Shown here: piece after piece, positions 1 to 5,215 of the stretch | Position numbering within the stretch: position 1 is the first letter of the stretch | How the letters are laid out: each line of letters opens with the position of its first letter | NCBI RefSeq assembly: GCF_006345805.1 | Contig: NW_021830007.1 | Span: forward strand, 1 to 5,379 | DNA from: Octopus sinensis | Taxonomy: Eukaryota | DNA: 5,379 nucleotides | Reading direction: 5' to 3' | Position numbers and translations under genes: made by a program | The notes under the pieces: generated by a model | The model's input: only the letters and a program-made list of their open reading frames with translations | Database searches by the model: none | Told to the model about the DNA's origin: nothing

Positions 1-91
1 CTCGGCGGAATTTGAACTCAGAACATAACGGCAGACGAAATACAGCTACGCATTTCGCCCGGCGTGCTAACGTTTCTGCCAGCTCGCCGCC
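1..91 (-). mobile_element. tRNA-derived SINE, 5' head; the rest runs off the left edge of the window. Same family as 4075-4361
   Basis: The reverse complement reads GGCGGCGAGCTGGCAGAAACGTTAGCACGCC...GAGTTCAAATTCCGCCGAG and is 84/91 identical to 4075-4165. It has A-box-like TGGCAGAAACG and B-box-like GAGTTCAAATTCC motifs. It resembles octopus tRNA-derived SINEs (OK/OR1/OR2 group) from memory; the exact family is not assigned. Confidence 0.88.
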
Positions 92-94
92 TTT

Positions 95-400
95 TTGCAA
101 GGCAAATATTTCTATTATGTCGGAGCAACTGCGTGTTATATGAAATCTCGTCTTGCGAATCATGAGATCTCCTTTAGAAATGCTAATAATGAAAATAACA
201 CGGGCCTAAGTAAATATAACTTTCAAAATTATATGGAAAATTTTAAACAACGCTCGTGCGTACAAACCACCGGCCAAAACCTGCTCACTTTGCCTAGATA
301 AGACATACAACATTTTATTCTCTAAGCATAAACTTTTAAATGATAGATCCGAGAAAATTTCCCAAATGTTCACAAATATATTTTTTCTAAATATCAATAA
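95..400 (+). pseudogene. Penelope-like element (PLE) GIY-YIG endonuclease C-terminal remnant, frameshifted
   Basis: The frame starting at 95 gives KYFYYVGATACYMKSRLANHEISFRNANNENNTGLSKY (YIG motif, conserved R and NH). After a +1 shift at about 221 the frame gives FKIIWKILNNARAYKPPAKTCSLCLDKTYNILFSKHKLLNDRSEKIS, which contains the W-K-I-L, CxxC and LN-RSE motifs typical of PLE endonucleases. Further shifts give KC..KYIFSKYQ* with the stop at 398-400. The N-terminal GIY strand is absent because the SINE abuts at 91. Confidence 0.85.
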
Positions 401-454
401 TTCACCACTTTCTTTCTCACAAAGTAATAATCATATATCATATATCTGATATAA

Positions 455-736
455 ATACCGTAATGTATTCTATATAGATCTAACAACTCTAATTATACAT
501 ACATTCCACCTTAATCCCAATTTTTATATAAATCCTGCCTTTAAAGTTTCAATCGCACAATAAGTATTACCTCTATACTCACTAAACTTCATTTATACCG
601 TAATGTATTCTATATAGATCTAACAACTCTAATTATACATACATTCCACCTTAATCCCAATTTTTATATAAATCCTGACTTCAACGTTTCAATTGCACAA
701 TAAGTATTACCTCTATACTCACTAAACTTCGTTTAT
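455..736. repeat. Tandem duplication, 2 x 140 bp
   Basis: 455-594 repeats at 595-734, and the match continues to 736. There are 5 substitutions (538/678, 542/682, 545/685, 554/694, 591/731). Confidence 0.97.
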
Positions 737-1110
737 CATTTTGTAACACATTCTTAATACCATTTCTTCTTAGAGATATACTTATAACCCATATTCTTAA
801 TCCCATATTATTTAACTCTTTAAGATTTAATTCTTAATCTTTAATAGTTAACTTGCCATCAATAATTTTTAAATAACATGTTTTTAAAAAATGTAATCCC
901 AAATCCAAACCAAATAATATCAACTTAATACAATAATTTATAATACCCACTGCAATGGTTATCTGTACAATATGTTTTCCACATTAACCTCCTCCTTGCA
1001 TACTTAATTATACATGTATAACATAACATCAATAACAATTGAGACTCTGCATGTACCTAGATATTGTAAGTTCACCCACTTATCTACATGCAATTATATA
1101 AAACTGCATT

Positions 1111-1178
1111 TATATATATATATATATAAATATTATTATAATAATGATAAAAATAATACTACTACTACTACTACTAAC

Positions 1179-1224
<46 letters not shown>

Positions 1225-1260
1225 TAATAAAAATAATAATAATAATAAATAATAATAATA
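1111..1260. repeat. Compound microsatellite (TA)n-(TAC)n-(AAT)n
   Basis: (TA)9 at 1111-1128, (TAC)n at about 1157-1176, and interrupted (AAT)n at about 1180-1260. This tract explains the poly-I/L/Y ORFs. Confidence 0.97.
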
Positions 1261-1475
1261 AAAATATTCAGACAAATACATAACAAAAACACCAGGACTT
1301 ACAAACACATATAACATACAGAAAATTGCACTACTAAGCACTGCACACATCTTACGCAGAACACTTTCCATACAGTAACCATCAGAGCATCACAAAAAAT
1401 CACAGCACATATCCAAGGCACACAGAGCTGCGCTCGGTAGTGAAGTGAAAGCACGCTATAAAAAATATACTACTG
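1261..1475 (+). mobile_element. 3' end of an R4/Dong-type (RLE-encoding) non-LTR retrotransposon, 5'-truncated: ORF C-terminus plus 3' UTR
   Basis: 1262-1378 translates as KYSDKYITKTPGLTNTYNIQKIALLSTAHILRRTLSIQ*, matching the terminal Q-K-x-A-L-L-G-T-A-x-I-L-R helix of R4/Dong-like ORFs. A 97-bp 3' UTR follows and runs directly into an (AAT)n tail. (AAT)n lies on both sides, in line with the known TAA-repeat targeting of Dong. Confidence 0.82.
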
Positions 1476-1491
1476 AATGATGATAATAATG

Positions 1492-1547
<56 letters not shown>

Positions 1548-1572
1548 TAACAATAATAATAATAATAATGAT
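1476..1572. repeat. (AAT)n microsatellite with GAT/AAC variants; tail and target of the R4/Dong-type element
   Basis: Directly visible; it encodes the poly-I/N part of ORF 1477..1785. Confidence 0.97.
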
Positions 1573-1577
1573 GAACA

Positions 1578-1713
1578 GAAAGGGTCACAGAAAACGAGAA
1601 AGCAACCATACTCTGGGATAATCCAATATAAGGCCAACAGACCAGATATAGTTGTCAGAGATCATGAAGGAAAAATATGCTTTTTAATTGATGTATCAAT
1701 ACCAGCAGATGAC
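1578..1713 (+). mobile_element. Restriction-like endonuclease (RLE) domain fragment of an R4/Dong-type LINE, frameshifted
   Basis: The frame from 1578 gives ERVTENEKATILWDNPI. After a small deletion/frameshift, the frame from 1630 gives KANRPDIVVRDHEGKICFLIDVSIPADD, containing the R-P-D...(D/E)-V-x-I-P PD-(D/E)xK-type RLE motif of R2/R4/NeSL-group elements. Confidence 0.85.
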
Positions 1714-1956
1714 ACTGAAAAAAGCCTGTCCTATATGCGTGTGGAGTGCTTGTGTGTCGGTATTTGCCTTCCCACCATCGCTTGACAACCAATGTTGGTG
1801 TGATTACGTCCACGTATCTTAGCAGTGCGGCAAATAGACCCGATAGAATAAGTCCTAGGCTTTAAAGAATAAGACCTGAGACTGTTTTGTTCGACTAAAG
1901 GTGGCGCCCCAGCTTGGCCGCAGTCAAATGAGTGAAACAACAAGAATAAAAGAATA
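1714..1956 (+). mobile_element. 3' half of a second, diverged SINE family (5' tRNA head missing)
   Basis: The segment ACTGAAAAAAGCCTGTCCTATAT-(GT-rich)-CGCTTGACAACC...GATAGAATAAGT...TCGACTAAAGGTGGCGCCCAGCTTGGCCGCAGTCAAATGAGTGAAAC ends in a short repeat tail (AAGAATAAAAGAATA). It matches my recollection of an abundant octopus SINE body and 3' end; a Repbase/Dfam check is needed. Confidence 0.75.
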
Positions 1957-2050
1957 TGTCAGTTTAGTAAATAAATAAATAAGTTGACAGAATATAATGT
2001 CTAAAAGTTGATGAACCACCTATCGATCCCCTCCATTTACTTATTGCTTA

Positions 2051-2126
2051 ATATTATATATATATATATATTATATATATATATATATATTACATACATA
2101 CATCACACACACACTCACACCACACG

Positions 2127-2157
<31 letters not shown>

Positions 2158-2343
2158 ATAGACATATATTACTATTTGTGGGTGTCTACATATATTTGTA
2201 TATATTGATATACACATATATTCATTTATGTATGTATATATAACCATACCATATATATATACACATATATACACATATATACATACATATATATGTATCT
2301 ATATACACACATATAAATATATATATATATAGATATATATATA

Positions 2344-2382
<39 letters not shown>

Positions 2383-2401
2383 GTATAAATATATATATGT
2401 A

Positions 2402-2441
<40 letters not shown>

Positions 2442-2486
2442 AAAATTTATATATATTATATTATATATATATATAATATATATATA
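2051..2486. repeat. Interrupted (TA)n/(CA)n/(TACA)n low-complexity tract
   Basis: Directly visible dinucleotide runs; source of the poly-IY ORFs. Confidence 0.96.
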
Positions 2487-2862
2487 GTGCATGTATGTCT
2501 GACCAGCTTTTCTTGCCTGTCACTTATCATTAGGTTTGTCGGGCGAGATTTTACTTTCGTGATAATATTAATATAAATCAGCTGGCTTTTGTTTGTCTTC
2601 ATATGTTTTTACTATATTATTTGACTTGAAGTCGAAAAGGAATCGCTTACATCTGTTCTGTGTAAATGTTTACTTTCATTAGCGGACATTTTAATTGAAT
2701 TAATTTTTAAGAGTTTATGTTTATCAATATTACGCAATTGGTCACTGGTGTGCAGCCATATTGTGTCACCGCCTACAGAGTTGGTGTGCATCCCATCTAT
2801 CAAGTAATATTTGTTTTTTTTCGGTCTGATAAATAGATCTCTCTTATTCGAATTTTTACGGA

Positions 2863-3023
2863 ATATGTATATATATACATGTCTATAAATGTGTGTGGGC
2901 GTGGGTGGGTAGGTGCGCGCGACCGCATGTCTGCGTGTTTGCTTGTATATATATATAAGTATTATATAAATATATATTATTATAAGTATTATATAGATAT
3001 ATATTATTATAAGTATTATATAG

Positions 3024-3054
<31 letters not shown>

Positions 3055-3093
3055 ATATAATATATATATATATATAATATATATATATATATA
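2863..3093. repeat. (TA)n/(GT)-rich tract containing a 27-bp minisatellite (about 3 copies)
   Basis: The unit TATAAGTATTATATA(A/G)ATATATATTAT starts at 2954, 2981 and 3008 (last copy partial), and is flanked by (TA)n. Confidence 0.93.
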
Positions 3094-3095
3094 TT

Positions 3096-3319
3096 AAATA
3101 ATATGTTACAATTACTCAATAGTCAAGATAAAACTCTGAGTTTCAGATGCCGTAGTGGAAATCCACAACACATCTCTTCGTTATCTGGCCATCTGAAAAA
3201 ACGGTATGAAAAAATACCGTTATAAAGGGAAATTACTGTGTAATAATTCTGCTACTTATATAAAATAAAATAAGATTAAAATTTTATCTTGACTTTTGAG
3301 TAATTGTAACATATTATTT
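3096..3319. mobile_element. 224-bp element bounded by 38-bp inverted repeats (PLE pLTR-derived remnant or MITE)
   Basis: 3096-3133 (AAATAATATGTTACAATTACTCAATAGTCAAGATAAAA) is the reverse complement of 3282-3319 at 37/38 positions. There is an internal 8-bp perfect hairpin AACGGTAT-gaaaaa-ATACCGTT at 3200-3221. No unambiguous TSD is visible. The inverted repeat is certain; the element class is inferred. Confidence 0.7.
3126..3186 (-). ncRNA. Degenerate type I hammerhead-ribozyme-like motif
   Basis: The minus strand reads AGATAA-CGAAGA-GATGTGTTGTGG(ATTT)CCACTACGGCATC-T-GAAA-CTC(A)GAG-TT-TTATCT. This gives a 6-bp stem I, an 11-bp stem II with one bulge and one mismatch, GAAA, a short near-palindromic stem III and a GUU triplet. 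The core reads CGAAGA instead of CUGANGA (U4 missing), and there is an extra U before GAAA. Confidence 0.45.
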
Positions 3320-3427
3320 TATAGATATATTTCCTCTATTTACATAATATTGAGTTCTCTTTCTTTCTTTTGTTATCTTACCGTTTTTACCAATATATAC
3401 ATACATACACACACAAACACACCGACG

Positions 3428-3504
3428 CTGGCAGTCAGCATAAGTATATATATATATATTATATATAGCTACAGCTTTAGCTGGACGAAACTGGCAGTCA
3501 GCAT
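3428..3504 (+). repeat. 14-bp direct repeat CTGGCAGTCAGCAT flanking a (TA)n-containing spacer
   Basis: Exact copies at 3428-3441 and 3491-3504; both are preceded within a few bases by GACG. Confidence 0.9.
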
Positions 3505-3610
3505 GTAACAAAACAATTTGTAACAACGCTTTGTGGAGCTTGATGGACATACTGACCGTACACAGACAACAGATCTGGAACCCCAGGACCAGGAAAATTT
3601 CCCATAATCA

Positions 3611-3659
3611 AGAGTTTCAGTGGAATTTGCCAGTTACAGGCAAATTCCACTGAAACTCT
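3611..3659. repeat. Perfect 21-bp inverted repeat with a 7-nt spacer (hairpin/cruciform)
   Basis: AGAGTTTCAGTGGAATTTGCC (3611-3631), then AGTTACA, then GGCAAATTCCACTGAAACTCT (3639-3659); 21/21 complementary. Confidence 0.97.
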
Positions 3660-4074
3660 AAGGCGCTGAACTTAACACCTGAATTCGAGAGGAAACTTCC
3701 CCAGCCATGTTCAGCCCCCAAGAACGTCTCGGGAAAAATTAAACCCCTAATCTGGATGAAAATCTTAAGAATGAACTTCTATGATCATCTTCTAATCAAC
3801 AAGGAAATCTTCTTCTCATTGCAACAGACCTCCCTCCTGGGTCGGAATTACTGTGGATTCAATAGAAAACTATCTGCTAATGAAAATGGTTGCTTTGGTC
3901 AGATGGAACTACAAATCTGACCCAACGACTGGTGAGTGTGTCGAAGCATTCCATACTTCGGACCACTACTTTGTCCCTCCTGTATTACCTTACTCTCGTA
4001 GCTCAAAAGACCGTGAAGTATTCAATATTGACCACGGACAATCAAACGTTGCTTCGGCCAGATGATGGTATAAG

Positions 4075-4361
4075 GGCGGTGAGCTGGCAGAAACGTTAGC
4101 ACGCCGGGCGAAATGTTTAGCGGTATTTCGTCTACCGCTAAGTTCTGAGTTCAAATTCCGCCGAGGTCGACTTTGCCTTTCATCCTTTCGGGATCGATTA
4201 AATAAGTACCAGTTACGCACTAGGGTCGATGTAATCGACTTAATACCTATGTCTGTCCTTGTTTGTGCCTTCTATGTTTAGCTCCTTGTGGGTAATAAAG
4301 AAATAGGTATTTCGTCTGCCGCTACGTTCTGAGTTCACATTCCGCCGAGGTCGACTTTGCC
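4075..4361 (+). mobile_element. tRNA-derived SINE, full head and body (4075-4307), followed by a partial second internal unit (4306-4361)
   Basis: It starts GGCGGTGAGCTGGCAGAAACG and is 84/91 identical to the inverted copy at 1-91. The body includes GACTTTGCCTTTCATCCTTTCGGGATCGAT...AAGTACC and the hairpin GTCGAT-gta-ATCGAC (4225-4239). 4306-4361 repeats 4122-4177 at 53/56 identity. Confidence 0.9.
4085..4159 (+). promoter_or_regulatory. Internal RNA polymerase III type 2 promoter-like boxes of the SINE
   Basis: A-box-like TGGCAGAAACG at 4085-4095 and B-box-like GAGTTCAAATTCC at 4147-4159. The spacing is longer than in a canonical tRNA. Confidence 0.6.
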
Positions 4362-4567
4362 AACGGGAAAATATGAAGTAGCAAACCACACTTTGGAGCA
4401 GTAGATTCTCTGGCCTCTAATACCGAAATTCTGCTGCTCAAAAGGTCTTGCAAAGTTCGAGAAGAACAATAAGAACTTGTGTAAAAGACCTAAGAAAATG
4501 TCATATAAGAATTCTATAACCATTACATTTCGGAAAATTTTGGTATAAGGCTTTCAATACGATGCTA

Positions 4568-4687
4568 AACAACAACAACAACAACAACATCAACAGCAAC
4601 AACAGCAACAATGACAATCATAAGAGTAAGAACAAAAACAACAACAGCAACAGTTGTAACAGTAACAACAACGACAACAGCAGCAAC
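4568..4687. repeat. Degenerate (AAC)n/(AGC)n trinucleotide microsatellite
   Basis: Directly visible; the poly-Q reading frame is broken by TGA/TAA stops. Confidence 0.93.
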
Positions 4688-4986
4688 TGCAGGTGTCAAG
4701 AGCAAGAGGCACTTTATACAAAGAAGGAATGCGGTGACATTGTGCAAAATATGACAACCTCGGCAACTACACTGCACTTCGGCACCTGTGCACTTTGGTA
4801 TCTGAATCGCGCACCACCTCCCACTGTTCCCCCCACTCTTTCGCGCTTTCACTTTCACTACTCCACCCATTCCTCTCTCCTCTGCTCATTCGCTTCTTCT
4901 TCTTCTCCACACGATTTCTTTCTATTTTCTATTCATATACAACTGCATCTATTTGTAACGTAGTGTGTTCCCCAATCCCACTACTA

Positions 4987-5021
4987 CTCTCTCTTTCTCT
5001 ATTTCTCTCTCTCTCACTTTG

Positions 5022-5058
<37 letters not shown>

Positions 5059-5183
5059 GACTCACTCGTTCGCTCGCTCTCTCGCTCTTTCTCTCCCTCT
5101 CGCTTTCTCTATCTCTATCTCTCTCGCTCTCGATCTCTCTCTGACTTACCCACTCACTGTCTCACCCACTCTCTGCCCTCACA

Positions 5184-5215
<32 letters not shown>

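Noticed and set aside
672-730. Second hammerhead on the minus strand (GAAAC-GTTGAA-GTC in duplication copy 2)
   Set aside because: No CUGANGA-like core, no convincing stem II, and no stem I partner upstream.
455-736. CRISPR-like array or other prokaryotic system
   Set aside because: There are only two long adjacent units and no spacers or cas genes; the whole window has eukaryotic repeat character.
1110-1609. ORFs 1110..1292, 1174..1371 and 1400..1609, and the N-terminus of 1477..1785, as proteins
   Set aside because: They are translations of (AAT)n/(TAC)n microsatellites.
1477-1785. ORF 1477..1785 as an intact gene
   Set aside because: It is a chance fusion of microsatellite, a frameshifted RLE fragment and SINE sequence.
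2746-2790. Repeated TGGTGTGCA 36 bp apart
   Set aside because: A single 9-bp match with little extension; compatible with chance.
2008-3119. Ile/Tyr-rich ORFs (2008..2208, 2071..2274, 2226..2492, 2879..3097, 2883..3119)
   Set aside because: Artefacts of stop-free (TA)n/(CA)n tracts.
3094-3322. A definite TA target-site duplication for the inverted-repeat element
   Set aside because: TA is self-complementary and the flanks are AT-rich, so a TSD cannot be distinguished from the inverted repeat itself.
3853-4065. Kunitz-like (RWNY..DPTTGEC) or APE-endonuclease-like (SDH) reading of ORF 3853..4065
   Set aside because: The Kunitz cysteine pattern and GGC motif are missing, and the other APE motifs are not recognisable; too weak to call.
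4075-4170. Functional tRNA gene
   Set aside because: It has A/B-box-like motifs but no canonical cloverleaf or anticodon arm, and it continues into SINE body sequence present in two copies.
4335-4523. RT-like words (LLHK...FGIRGQ) in minus ORF 4335..4523
   Set aside because: Spacing is wrong by about 14 residues and there are no flanking RT motifs; probably coincidental.
4562-4963. Poly-Q/poly-N protein exon (ORFs 4562..4963 and 4565..4870)
   Set aside because: The Q frame has several stops; the N and V frames are open only because of the trinucleotide repeat, and the remainder shows no recognisable domain.
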